A stretch of DNA of 63,877 nucleotides, filler included, from Octopus bimaculoides (Eukaryota): NCBI RefSeq assembly GCF_001194135.2. It is 9 parts of 8 records of this genome, joined end to end, with 100 filler letters (N's around TTAATTAATTAA, not from the genome) between each part and the next. Parts side by side here need not be neighbours in the genome. Positions count along the whole stretch, not along the records: positions 19,483 to 30,736 come from NC_068982.1; positions 30,837 to 34,706 come from NC_068982.1; positions 34,807 to 45,736 come from NC_068999.1; 6 more parts are not named here. The stretch is one strand, 5' to 3'. Every line of letters starts with the position of its first letter. Within the stretch, counting starts at the first letter, position 1. A program made the position numbers and the translations under genes. Below are positions 25,486-38,417 of the stretch, piece by piece. A model generated the notes under the pieces. That model was not told the origin of the DNA. It worked only from the letters and a program-made list of their open reading frames with translations, and made no database searches.

Positions 25486-26682
25486 CTCTCTCTCTCTCTC
25501 TCTCTCGGCAATTATTAAAAGATTGTATATTGTGGATGAAGTAAGATTTACGAAGACTTAAAGACGAAATAAGGTGGCTGCTGGCTTATAATATGGAGGT
25601 AGGTGAGTTGTGATAATACGGTGTAGTAGCTGTGGGGTTGTAGGGAACGCAACTCAATCCAGACTAAATTCATTGATATTTTCGGGAAGGCATCACGACT
25701 ACAAAAACATTGCTATCACCGAAACTATCACCCCACCCCACTTCCCACTATTGGCTCCGCCAATCAGAACAAAATAGATTGGTTGCGAGTCCTTAATTGG
25801 GTAGGTGAATGTCGATGGTAATGGTATTATTGTTGTTGTTAATGGCGCTATTGTCGATGCTGTGAGTGATGTTGGGGGATGATGTTGCTCGTGGTGGTGA
25901 TGGCTAGTTGTGTTGTTGGTGTTGGTGGTGGAGTTGGGAGGTAGTGACGTTAGTTTTAGTTTTGTTGGTGATGTTGTTGGTGTTGTTGGTGGTAGTGTTC
26001 TTGATGGTGATGGTATTTATGTTGATGTTGGTGCTGTTGGTGATGGGGTTGGTGTAAGTGTTGTAACTAGGACTAAATCCGTTAATATTAAAAAAAAATA
26101 ATAAAAGACAAAAATTCCAACCGAACCCAACTGAAGAAGAAAAAAAGCGAAGAAAAAATCGAAATCTCTTCAGAAACCTAAAACAACAGCAGCAACAACA
26201 ACAACAATGACGACAACGACGACAACGAAAACAATAAAAGCAAAACAACCAAAGTTGTAAATTCCTTTGAACATCTGATGAACAAATATAACAAGCTTTG
26301 CCAGCAGAAAACATTTAGTTCTTCTAATGATTTTTCTAATGGTGCTAATTAGAAATGCTTCTAACAGTTCTTTATCACCAATTTCCAACGGATTCTTTAA
26401 CTATCATCGTAGCTATTTTATCAAAACAATTAATATTGATACAATCCTAGATGTTTTGCTGTTGAAAATGGACAAGATACAGGGTGTAACAGAAAAAATC
26501 CACATATATTTTAGACGGCCATTGATGTAGCGCTAGTGAAGTTAGGTTGAGAGTAATTGAACTTTCATCTATCTAATGTTTTAGCCTTATTTTGGTTTAG
26601 TTACTATTATTGTTTGAACTGATGCACACTGTGTATTTTATCAAGAATAGTGAATCTGAGTTTTTTGTTCCACCCTATATTG

Positions 26683-26892
26683 GCTTCAAAATTTGGCACA
26701 AGGCCAGCAATTTCAGAGAAAGAGGCAAGTCGATTTCATCGATCCCAGTGCTCAGCTGTTACTTATTTTATCGACCCCGAAAGGATGAGAGACAAAGTCG
26801 ACCTTGTAATTTGAACTGCAAATGTGTAAAGATGGACGTAATATCGCTAAGCATTTCGTCCAGCGTGCTAACGATTCTGCCAGCTCGCTGCC
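26683..26892 (-). mobile_element. SINE family B
   Basis: Reverse complement ggcagcgagctggcagaatcgttagcacgctggacgaaatgcttagcg... Confidence 0.85.
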
Positions 26893-27488
26893 TTGTTTCA
26901 GTCTATATAAAATAGATAGCATGAATGGTTGACGGCATACAAACTTCCGTTTTAAATTTGGGTTTCGCTTCGATGCTGCTTCCTCTGTTCCTTCTTCACT
27001 CTGAGTGTTGCTGTATTTACACACTTTGTGAGCCCTGTAGGGTCATGGGTAAATGAGTCGTTACCGCGATTCTTTCAATACTCGAAACCTTTTCCTTCTA
27101 TTTTCACAACGAAGACGAGCTCAATCTGGAACACGATTACGAGGGCGAGCGCGACAACGAGGACGAGGAGCAGGGGCATGACTATGAGCATGAGTGGTTG
27201 AGTGGTTAGAGCGCCGGATGAAATACCTTGCGGTATTTGTTCCGACTCTCTGCAAGCTGTGTTTAAATCACGCTCAATTGATTCATTGAATTCTGAGTTC
27301 AAATCCCACAATGGCCTGCTTGGGTAGCAAGCTTAATTCACTACACAATTAAACACTACCATTACTTGATACTTAGGGTGCTTTTACTGGGGTCTACTCT
27401 GTTGTAAGCATTCAGGTCAGGTTTCTGGTTTGAGAGTACCTTTATTCCTCCCACCCATTAGCCTTGGAGGCCGTGTAAAAGGGTCATT

Positions 27489-27735
27489 CATTGATTATAG
27501 CAACAAAACAACTCAACAACAGCTGCAACAACAATAGCAACCACAACAAGCAAAACTAACAACGACAACCACAGCAACGAAAGTAACAGGAACAACCACA
27601 AACCACCACCACAACAACAACGACAATAGCAACAATAGTAACAACAACAGTAACAATAAACGGCAAAAGCAACAGCAGCAGCAGCAGCAACAGCAGCAAC
27701 AGTAGCAGCAGTAACAGCAGCAACAACGATAAACA
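27489..27735. repeat. (CAA)n/(CAG)n trinucleotide low-complexity tract
   Basis: Directly visible. Confidence 0.9.
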
Positions 27736-28100
27736 ATCAACAGCAGTACTACAACCATCTCTTAAACTACATTTGATATGTATTCGTCCGTCGTTATATG
27801 TCAGAGCCTGTCGTAGTTTGTGTCTTTCTTTTTAGCTAACCTGGTCAGAACTTTAAAAACGCCCACAATCTGAGTGGATTAGTCATAATAAGATAAGATT
27901 AACTCTTGTAACTTCCACTCTGAAATGTTGCTGGTGAGTAGTTAATGAGAAGATGTAAGTTAAAATGGTAACCAAAGGAATGTATTTCCTTCTGACTACA
28001 TAAAAGTAGTCACAATGTGGGGTACTTAGCTTACCAGAGTGCATTTGATTGGCTGAGATGGACACTTGGTCTTTTTTTAGTGACAAAAAAGAAAACTCCC

Positions 28101-28305
28101 TAGCACGCCAGACGAAATACCACTAAGCATTTTGTCCAGCGTGCTAGGGATTTGCTTAGTGGCATTTCGTCCGTCTGAGTTCAAATTCCACCGTAGTCGA
28201 CTTTGCCGTTTATCCTTTCGGGATCGATAAAATAAGTACCAGATTAGTACTGGGGTCGACTTGCCCCTCCCCCAAAATTGCTGGCCTTGAGCCAAAAATT
28301 GGAGT
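28101..28305 (+). mobile_element. SINE family B
   Basis: tagcacgccagacgaaat...gagttcaaattccacc...cctttcgggatcgataaaataagtacc. Confidence 0.8.
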
Positions 28306-28399
28306 CATTATTTGAAGAGCTGAAAGAAATATTTGTTAAAAGAAACACATTTACGACGCTGTTTGCTAACGTCAATTAATCTGTGTTTAATGTTCTTGT

Positions 28400-28889
28400 A
28401 GCGTCGTACAATAAATATATCGGGACAGATTGCCAAAGCAGCAAACCGTAGACAGAGTCTCCAAAAGCTTTATTTTCACATGAAACAATATTCCTATTAA
28501 TAACGTTATTTGTTACGCAACCAGTGGAACTTCCAATATGACTGATCGATTTCAGGGTTTCATGTCATATTTAGAAAAAGATGCTCCAAATACCATTGTG
28601 ATTCATAGCTTAATTTCATCGGCAGTAGTCTCATCGCAAAACACCTCAGTCTAGATCTGGATCAATTGATGAAGATTACAGTGGAAATAATCAATAAAAT
28701 CAATAGATCAGCAAAATCTTATTGAATATTTCGGCAACTGTGACAAAAGTAAATGATAAATTATTTTATAACTTTGTTGGTATTCGAAATCGCAAAGTTT
28801 TCGAGAGCAGTTTTTGTTAAATGAAGAATTTTAATAACCTTTTTCAAAGTATATTGTCTACCCGCTACTGTCTTAGTGTGAACAATGAA

Positions 28890-28927
<38 letters not shown>

Positions 28928-29860
28928 AGTGAGGGAGAAAGAGAGCGATTAAAGAAAAACTGGAGAAAGAAAATGTTTTTGTATCTAGCAAAAACACACT
29001 ATTAAAACTTTCAGTCTTTTGACATTTCTTTTCTGGAATTTTCCATATTCTATCCCCGAGGAATCTCGGACCCGATGTACTGAATACGAAGAATTTGGCA
29101 CAAATTACTCCTTCCTAAAGAAGTACGATAGTTTTCCAACGACAACTCTCTGTCGTGTGGAATTATTTGGCAGTGTACGAAAATTTTTCAGAATTCATGG
29201 GAAGTTATTTTAAAAATTCAAAAATTAATATTTTCTTCATTGCAAATTTTATCAGATTTTAATGAGATTAATCTGTACGAAGAGCATGTGATTCTTATTG
29301 ATGCTAAATGTATAATTTCTTTTAATGAGAAAATGCAATTTTATCGCCGCCATCTCCTATACAAAAATTTGCATTATTTCCCATACCTGGCAGTGATGTG
29401 TATATTTTGGTATTTGAAATTTGCTTCGGACAACTTGGAATCACAATTTCTGAACATTATTTACACGGATGTAATTGACTGTATCTTTGATCCCTTCATT
29501 GACGAGGATCAGGTAACGGATTCCATGTCAGTTGAAGACTTTCTTATGTTATTACGTGATACTGAAACCAATAATAACGTAGAAGCAAATTATAAGTCAT
29601 GTGAATAAGCAAAAACCATCTATATATCATACTTAATGCAGATATATGGCGGAAGGTAAATTAACCGCAGTATTTGTCCGGGGACAGTATCCCTTACTGT
29701 GCTTAAAAACACAAAACTACATCAGTAGTAGACGAAAGCCGTCCAGCGGCAGTGGTGAGAATGCTAGATATGCATTTCTGCTACTTTGGGCTTTATCAGT
29801 TGCATGTCGATTGCATACTAAGACAAAACCCGTCACTGCTGATATAAGCAAACAGTGACT
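28400..29860 (+). pseudogene. hAT (Charlie/SPIN-like) transposase pseudogene
   Basis: Frame-broken motifs SNMTDRFQGFMSYLEKDAPNTIVIH, IAKHLSLDLDQLMKITVEIINKI, FNEINL...LIDAKCIISFNEKMQFY...FPYL, CIFDPF and GQYPLL, in the order expected for Charlie-type transposases; split by a microsatellite near 28890. Confidence 0.65.
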
Positions 29861-30836
29861 GAAAAAAAAAATCTACTGATGTTGCAATTAGCCAGGCGGC
29901 TGAATAATTTATTAAACCCCACAGAAGCACCAGAGTTTGAGGTTGGAAACTGAATTCCTACTGATGTCCTTTCCCATCTCATACATTGTGTTTGTCAAGG
30001 TGAATCATATATTGACTAAATCACAAAATTGTCTCAGAGTTACGGGAAGAGAAGACATACACCTCATAATAAAGAAATCTTCTCCAAATATTTTGACTCT
30101 TGCAATAAAACATTAAAGTGAGAGAAATCACTTTATAACAGCAACATTTACATGATGTAACACCAAACTTGTGTGTCAAGTGTTTTCTAGTGTGTGGTTC
30201 ATTCATATAAATTGATACTCATTGAAAGGAAGCAGTTCTATTTCTCTCGTGTCTTCGTAAAGGGTTTGGGCAGTTAAAACATTAGTCATTAAACTTTAAT
30301 GAATAATTAATTAGACATTCAGTTAAACTTTAATAAATATCATTTGATTCGTTAATTTTAAAAGAATGATTGAGTTTGGTTGGTAGGCGTCCAAAATTTA
30401 TACAATATTTTAAAAAGGGCGGTTTATAAAATTGGGTTGCCTAGCAACTACTGCAGGTGATCAATAATGATAATAACAATAATCAGCAAAGAGTTCCCTT
30501 CAATTACAATATAACATTACCCAAACCACATCCACCTATGTTTAAGATTTCTTAATGAGATGATGAATTGTAACAAAATAATATAAAGACCACACGTTTT
30601 TCAGAAAAGATATGTTAATTTAATCGACCTCATTTTAGTTTAGTTCATATCTTTGGAAAATTTCAAGAGTTTTTGTGCATGTATATAAACTATGAAATAT
30701 TTTCTTTGATGTCTTCATGCTAACGTTATATATATANNNNNNNNNNNNNNNNNNNNNNNNNNNNNNNNNNNNNNNNNNNNTTAATTAATTAANNNNNNNN
30801 NNNNNNNNNNNNNNNNNNNNNNNNNNNNNNNNNNNN

Positions 30837-30871
<35 letters not shown>

Positions 30872-31437
30872 TCAACTGCATGTGTATATCAAAGGTAATT
30901 TAACATTGGTGGTGGTAGGAGTTTGTGAGGGTGTGTGTATGAGTATGCGCATGTCCGTAAGTATCTATGTGTGTCTTTCTGTCATCCGCTGTGTATATAC
31001 AAGTATTTTAGCTGTATGAGTATAAAATGCATATAAGCATATACACACTTACGAGCATGTGTTTATGTTTTACCTTTGGTGCTGGTTGACTGTCAGTGCG
31101 TTTGTNNNNNNNNNNNNNNNNNNNNNNNNNNNNNNNNNNNNNNNNNNNNNNNNNNNNNNNNNNNNNNNNNNNNNNNNNNNNNNNNNNNNNNNNNNNNNNN
31201 NNNNNNNNNNNNNNNNNNNNNNNNNNNNNNNNNNNNNNNNNNNNNNNNNNNNNNNNNNNNNNNNNNNNNNNNNNNNNNNNNNNNNNNNNNNNNNNNNNNN
31301 NNNNNNNNNNNNNNNNNNNNNNNNNNNNNNNNNNNNNNNNNNNNNNNNNNNNNNNNNNNNNNNNNNNNNNNNNNNNNNNNNNNNNNNNNNNNNNNTGGAA
31401 AAAAGAGTACTCAAATACCAAAAGTATATATATATTA

Positions 31438-31483
<46 letters not shown>

Positions 31484-32444
31484 CATATATATTTATATAT
31501 AGATGCATGCATATATATGTTTGCATATATACGTATGTAATATATATATACATATATATATATGTACATATGGACATACGTGTATATATATATATAAGTA
31601 CACATACAGACATATGTATATATGTATGCATGTGTGTATTTATATGTATGTATACGTGTGTGTGCATGTGCATAAACATCATACATATACACGTGCTTTT
31701 GTGTCGGGGGCGGGGGTGATCGTGTATGAGTGTGTATATGAGTACCTGTGTATATCTATGTGTGTATATGTATGCTCGTAAATATGAGTATGAAAAGTGG
31801 CGATCGACATTTCCCACGTATTATACATATAGCGTATCTTAATTGCCCTACCTCTGGCAATTGAACGACTTTTAAACCACTTAAACAGTCTAAACTCTAA
31901 TAATCCTTTTGTATTTAAACAACACTTCCTTCCTTCCTTTCTCCTTTTCTTCCTTTATTTCTCTATGTCGTCTGCTTTTCTTTTCTTCTTCCTTCCCTAT
32001 TATCTTTCCAGATATTCTTTTCTTCTTCCGTTTTATTTGCTTTACGTATTAAATCATGTCCTTCTCTCTCTCTCACTTTCTTCCTCACTCTTACTGTTCC
32101 TTTCGCCATATATTCCCTTCTCTATATATTTATTTCTCTTCTTGTTGCTTTCCTTTCTTACTTTTTACATTTTTTTTTCTCAATTCATTTCATAATTTCA
32201 AATATATTTCCTATACGTCTTTATTATCATATAAGTACTATCCGATATCTAATCCCCTGTTGACAGTGGTTCGTGACTTAAAAATACATTACAACATATG
32301 GCGCCAGGTCAAATATATTTTGATAACGGCACATTCCATTAAATCGAGGACTCAACAGGATTTGAATTTAAAACCTAAAGTTCCGAAAAAGCATGCTCAA
32401 GGTACTGTGTCCGACGCTCCAACGATTCTACCAATCCATCGTAA

Positions 32445-32635
32445 TAATGGCTTCAAATTTTTCCACAAGGGCAACAATTTTCGGGCAGAGGATGAGTCGA
32501 TTACATCGACCCCAATGCGTAACTGTTATTTAATTTATCGACCCCGAAAGAATGAAAAGCAAAGGCGACCTCGGCAAAATTTGAACTCAGAATGGAAAGG
32601 CGGACGAAATACCGCTAAGTATTCTGCCAGCTTGT
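32445..32635 (-). mobile_element. SINE family B
   Basis: ggcttcaaattttt...tcgattacatcgacccca...tatcgaccccgaaag...ttgaactcagaa...cgaaataccgctaagtattc. Confidence 0.85.
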
Positions 32636-32685
32636 GGCTTTAATAATAATAATAATAAAAATGATGATGATGATGATGATGATGA

Positions 32686-33050
32686 TTTCATTTATGTTCC
32701 ACAAGGGCGAATGATGAGGGGGACAATACAGAGACAGACATAAAGTGTTGGGGTTTACATATAATGAAATGTTAAAAAAAAAAAGTAAGTATACAAGGTA
32801 TGCACTGAAAAAGAAGGGACACATGCATAACATACAAAGGTTAATAAAAAAGGCGGGAAGTATGATAGAGAGTTTCATAGCCATGTGCTGAGAAGAATTT
32901 TTTGGGGTTTCAATAATTCACCTCTAGAAAGAAACATCGGTGTTTCGTTCATCATCTCGGAGAGAGCGAGAAAGGGATCTGCTGTTGGTACACGGCTGGC
33001 ACTCATCTCTAGCTGAGTACACTAGGGTAACATGAAATGACGTGTTCTGC
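32686..33050 (-). mobile_element. 5'-truncated 3' end of an L1/Tx1-like LINE
   Basis: Ends tgtctgtctctgtattgtccccctc...cccttgtggaacataaatgaaat, similar to the 3' ends at 37392, 40444 and 42487; abuts an (ATC)n/(ATT)n tract. Confidence 0.5.
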
Positions 33051-33170
33051 TCAAAGCTACGAGCTTCTGGCTCAAGAGTTAAACCCATGTTCTTATGAAC
33101 CATGTGGTTGGGAAGCAAGCTTCTTACCACACAGCACCTCCTGCATATATATATATGTATATATATACTT

Positions 33171-33482
33171 ACTAGCAGAAATACCCGGCTTTGCCCGGGT
33201 TAAAGAGAATAATGAAATCTAAAAACGCCGTCTAGACTACGCAACCCACAACTGTTAGTAGCTACGATACCATATTTCTACATTAATAACTCTCCAATCC
33301 ATGCCAGCATGGAACATAGACATTAAGTGGAATGCCAGTCTCTCATCTAGGAGGGCCTTGAAATCAATGTTACCAACTGGGGACTATGTGTGTCGCAGTG
33401 ATAATAAAAAGACCCAAAGGAGGTCTGCAACGAAATAATTTTACTCAACACTTTGCAAGTGAATCAGTGGAGGCAAAGATGC
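33171..33482 (+). mobile_element. Probable non-autonomous Helitron/HINE-type element, one terminus
   Basis: t-ACTAG start followed by the palindrome cccggctttgcccggg, resembling Lep1/HINE-type termini; runs into an N gap. Confidence 0.5.
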
Positions 33483-34670
33483 NNNNNNNNNNNNNNNNNN
33501 NNNNNNNNNNNNNNNNNNNNNNNNNNNNNNNNNNNNNNNNNNNNNNNNNNNNNNNNNNNNNNNNNNNNNNNNNNNNNNNNNNNNNNNNNNNNNNNNNNNN
33601 NNNNNNNNNNNNNNNNNNNNNNNNNNNNNNNNNNNNNNNNNNNNNNNNNNNNNNNNNNNNNNNNNNNNNNNNNNNNNNNNNNNNNNNNNNNNNNNNNNNN
33701 NNNNNNNNNNNNNNNNNNNNNNNNNNNNNNNNNNNNNNNNNNNNNNNNNNNNNNNNNNNNNNNNNNNNNNNNNNNNNNNNNNNNNNNNNNNNNNNNNNNN
33801 NNNNNNNNNNNNNNNNNNNNNNNNNNNNNNNNNNNNNNNNNNNNNNNNNNNNNNNNNNNNNNNNNNNNNNNNNNNNNNNNNNNNNNNNNNNNNNNNNNNN
33901 NNNNNNNNNNNNNNNNNNNNNNNNNNNNNNNNNNNNNNNNNNNNNNNNNNNNNNNNNNNNNNNNNNNNNNNNNNNNNNNNNNNNNNNNNNNNNNNNNNNN
34001 NNNNNNNNNNNNNNNNNNNNNNNNNNNNNNNCCTATATCCTATTCTTATACAATAATAATACAACGCACGAGTTTAAGTATAATCATCCTCTTATTAGTT
34101 ATTTGTAAAGATACAGAGATGAAATATAAGCAGCCACAATATTTCATTTAAATCGGTTAACATACTTAATTTAATTTCTGTGTGCCACTTGCACAATAAT
34201 ATGAATATAATTCGAAGCTAAAACTCTCAATGCAAGATATTTATTTATCCGTTTTAGTCCTCTACATCAGGGTTTTTTTTTTTTTTTTTCACGTAGTCCT
34301 TTTTTGAGCACCATTAAAAAAAGAATACGTAGTCCTTACAAACTAAATAAAATGTTGCTCTCATTTAGCTCAAAGTTCTTGTCAAGCAAACCACATGGTT
34401 AAATACAGTTCAGCTATGACCATGTTATTTTTATTTTTTTATTTTTAGAGTTAAAGTAATCTTAGGGATATAGTTATACAATGTGTTTTCCATTTTCAAG
34501 ATGACAACATGTTACTTTAAGATAATTTGGCTATTATTTTTAGCACGTCGATTAAGTACTAGGCTTACAGAGAATAAGTCATAGGATCGATTTGTTCGAC
34601 TAAAGGCGATGCTCCCGCATGGCCGCAGTTAAGTGACTGAAACAAATAAAAGAATATATATACACACACA

Positions 34671-34706
<36 letters not shown>

Positions 34707-34824
34707 NNNNNNNNNNNNNNNNNNNNNNNNNNNNNNNNNNNNNNNNNNNNTTAATTAATTAANNNNNNNNNNNNNNNNNNNNNNNNNNNNNNNNNNNNNN
34801 NNNNNNATATATATATATATATAT

Positions 34825-34990
34825 AGGCGCAGGAGTGGCTATGTGGTAAATAACTTGCTTACCAACCACGTGGTTCCAGGTTCAGTCCAACTGCATAGCA
34901 CCTTGAGCAAGCGTCTTCTGGTATAGCCTCGGGCCGACCAAAGCCTTGTGAGTGGATTTGCTAGACGGAAACTGAAAGAAGCCTGTCGTA
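34825..34990 (+). mobile_element. SINE family A 5' half, split from its 3' half (45470-45620) by the LTR element
   Basis: aggcgcaggagtggctatgtgg...gaaagaagcctgtcg-(TA)n, then the LTR begins at 34999. Confidence 0.88.
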
Positions 34991-34998
34991 TATATACA

Positions 34999-35955
34999 TG
35001 TAACGGTAAATATAATGGTTCGGAAGTTACCATTTGTAACGGTATGATGTTGAAGATGAAAGAAGAGTGATCAAAGTTGAGGTTGACTCCAATTTTTTAT
35101 TTACTGTTACTTAATATAATGCCATGTTTCGACGGGCAGGTATGTATAATAATATAAGTGGAAAAGCCTGCAAGGTTAAGAAAGTTAATTTCAACCTGAA
35201 TATGTGTGTACACGATCTCATAGTATTTTGTAGAGAGAGATATGNNNNNNNNNNAACGGTAAATATAATGGTTCGGAAGTTACCATTTGTAACGGTATGA
35301 TGTTGAAGATGAAAGAAGAGTGATCAAAGTTGAGGTTGACTCCAATTTTTTATTTACTGTTACTTAATATAATGCCATGTTTCGACGGGCAGGTATGTAT
35401 AATAATATAAGTGGAAAAGCCTGCAAGGTTAAGAAAGTTAATTTCAACCTGAATATGTGTGTACACGATCTCATAGTATTTTGTAGAGAGAGATATGGTA
35501 ATGTTGCAGAGAAAAGAAATTGAGTTAATGAAAGCGAGAGAGTGTGGAACGAGACAACTATGGTGATTAATTCCATAGTTGTCACTTTGTGAAGTTACTT
35601 ATGTTGAGACAGCATTTCGTTTGAGCCGGTCAGCCTCCTCTTTGTCAGTTACTCTCACTAACTTTTCCCTGAAGGCTGCTAGAATTTATAAGAATTTATA
35701 AGAATACAAGACTACAAGAAAGAACCGAAGTAATGGATATTTTGTGGGGTCCATTGTAATTTCAATTCACTTCTCTACTGCAGACAAGAGGTTAGAAGGG
35801 TCAAGTGACAAAACATAAATCGGCTTAGCGAAGCCATCTGGTAAATGTAGCTCCTCTCACAGTTGTTTTCTCCGTGAGAAAAGTGCTGTTGAAATGCTAA
35901 AGGAAATTGGCAGATTCAGGTTCGAATCTACTCTATGCCTAAATGAAGTCACTAC
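34999..35955 (-). mobile_element. 3' LTR of a Ty3/gypsy-like element, including a 243-bp artefactual duplication
   Basis: Starts tgtaac; 35633-35955 is closely similar to 44876-45174; purine-rich gagtgagggagtag (PPT-like) adjoins it on the minus strand at ~35956-35970. Confidence 0.8.
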
Positions 35956-37733
35956 GCTACTCCCTCACTCAAACGAGCGAGAGAGTGTATTCTCAATCCA
36001 TGATATCGTAAAACTTCCTGCAGTGTGTGAAGTGCCTTGAAGGTTTTTCAGAAACAAAATGTGTCTGGCGCTGTTGTCGTGGGTGTTAACAAGAACGACA
36101 GTGCAGTATGCTGGAATGATGCGCGTGACAGGTAATTTTTTCCATCTATTAGGTGACCAAACAGAGGGTCTAACAGTGGGAAATTATGTCTAAACATGAG
36201 CGTAAAGCGTGTGAACTTCCGACGTGCATCGAGTCGGGAAAAGAGCTGAGCGGGCTCAGACATGTTGAAAACAAAGTAGTGAGGCATAATATCATGGTGT
36301 ACGTGTGCGTAACTAGGTGCAAGGTTGAGGCTGTATGCTAGTGTCTGGGGTATTAAATGCCTTGAAATGTGCAGGAGTGAAAGTGAGGCATGTGTCGCGT
36401 TGTAGAGGACGAACAACATTTTCTATGTATACGTGACCGACCTAGGATCTTACAGAGGCGAGGTGTGTCTACAAGGGCGCAGGGAGCATGAAAAACAAGT
36501 GAGAAAGGCATGGTGTGGTGCATGAATGACAGTGTCAACATGTATGTGTGTATGAACATTGTGTGGTGCAGCAAAAGAAACGAACAGTATAGGAATGAGT
36601 AAACAAAAGTGATAAGACTTAGCTGAAGATAGTGTCCTTTCTGAAAAGTGTATTACTGAAAAGTGAGAAAAGATGTGCATGCATAGAAAAAGAGGTTATT
36701 GAAAGTCTATGTAAGAGTCTTAAATACATACAAAAGTTCATAGACAATGTGGGGACGAGACGAAAAACGTGTGTGTGCGCCGAAAAGGTTGCATTGTAGG
36801 GAAGTGCATCGCAGTTTGCATCGTGGTATAATGCTTTCTGCAGCAAGTCGAACGCGAGTTGTGGAGTGCATTTGTGGCACTTGAGAGGTAGTCAGGTAGA
36901 AGTTAAATGCGGAATCTGATTGACGGCGGACGGCACGTAGATAGACTCAGAATGGACATTAAGTTGATAAGGGGGAATACTGGAGCTGACGAATGCTATT
37001 TTAGATGAAGTGTTGGTATTCCATCTAATGACTCTGCTCAGAAGGCTGTACTCTTATTTGGTAGTAAACCCGGTATGAAAAAATGCATGGAACAAAGGTG
37101 ATGACTTTAAATACGTTTATTGTGGCCACACGTATGTATACACAAGCTGAATGACAGTGGTTGGTGGACATTTATTCATATATTTACATGCATCTGCGTG
37201 GGTTGTGTGTTAGCTGTTAACCCTGGTGAGGATATGTTAGAACCAGTGCAGTGTGTTAGAACCAGTGCAGTGTGTTAGTGCTGTGTAGATGTGGTTGACG
37301 ACGTTGGTGAGAGACCTCATGGTGGTGACGAAGATGGAGGTCGCTGTAATGCGGTCAGTGGTTAGACCTTAGAAAATCTGGAAACAACAAAATTTCTTTA
37401 TTTACCTATAAAGGCATATATAGAGGGGACACTAAAAAAGACGAACACTTACATTCTTACAAATGGTTTGGGTTACAATGAAATGGAAAAAATCGGATAA
37501 AGGGATGAAATAAAATTATATACAAATAAAAATTTATAAAATGATGTTCCGGGTTATTTGTTATGGTTAACCCGCCGTTTTTTTTTTCTCCTTTGGTAAG
37601 TTTCGCAATCCAATAGAGACTTGTTCAACTTCCAATAGCCAGATCCCTGTCTATGAACCATACCTATATGCAGCCTACATGTCACTAATTTGTAATCCGT
37701 GTAGGGTACATAGATAAACTGTGGACAGCTTAA

Positions 37734-38417
37734 CCCATTACCTCCCATAATTCTATTAACTGGAATTTTTTTTATGAAACTTTGATTTCTAGCATAAAAT
37801 AGCCTTAGAAACATGCTGGAATGATCAAAATAACATTTCGAAACAACATTTCAAAAAGAAATAAGCGAGATATTGGGTGAAAAATTAGCAAACCTCATTT
37901 GAATATCAGAGAAATGTTGTTGGCACTCCGTCGCTTACGACGTCGAGGGTTCCAGTCGATCCGATCAACGGAACAGCCTGCTCGTGAAATTAACGTGCAA
38001 GTGGCTGAGCACTCCACAGACACGTGTACCCTTAACGTAGTTCTCGGGGATATTCAGCGTGACACAGTATGACAAGGCTGACCCTTTGAATTACAGGCAC
38101 AACAGAAACAGGAAGAAAGAGTGAGAGAAAGTTGTGGTGAAAGAGTACAGCAGGGTTCGCCACCATCCCCTGCCGGTGCCTCGTGGGGCTTTAGGTGTTT
38201 TCGCTCAATAAACACTCACAACGCCCGGTCTGGGAATCGAAACCGCGATCCTATGATCGCGAGTCCGCTGCCCTAACCACTAGGCCATTGCGCCTCCATC
38301 AGAGAAATATACCTAGTAGATATAGCAAAAAGATTAGATATGTGTAAATATTGACAGATAATTACGAAATTTGTAATTTTTAAGTGATCCCATATGAGAT
38401 CACTGGTAGGTAATGGG
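37734..38417. mobile_element. piggyBac-type MITE (~290 bp without its nested SINE)
   Basis: TTAA TSD at 37730-37733 and 38418-38421; TIRs CCCATTACCT / AGGTAATGGG; CCC...GGG ends with TTAA are characteristic of piggyBac. Confidence 0.9.
37916..38297 (-). mobile_element. SINE family C, full length, nested in the piggyBac MITE
   Basis: Perfect 11-bp TSD atcagagaaat at 37905-37915 and 38298-38308; near-identical to 4597-4970. Confidence 0.95.

Noticed and set aside
27488-27758. Poly-Cys, poly-Ala or poly-Leu ORFs
   Set aside because: They are CAA/CAG repeat translations with no flanking coding signal.
35002-35497. 243-bp tandem duplication within the 3' LTR (and a similar one at 57040-57145)
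   Set aside because: Identical copies on either side of a 10-N gap indicate unmerged overlapping contig ends.
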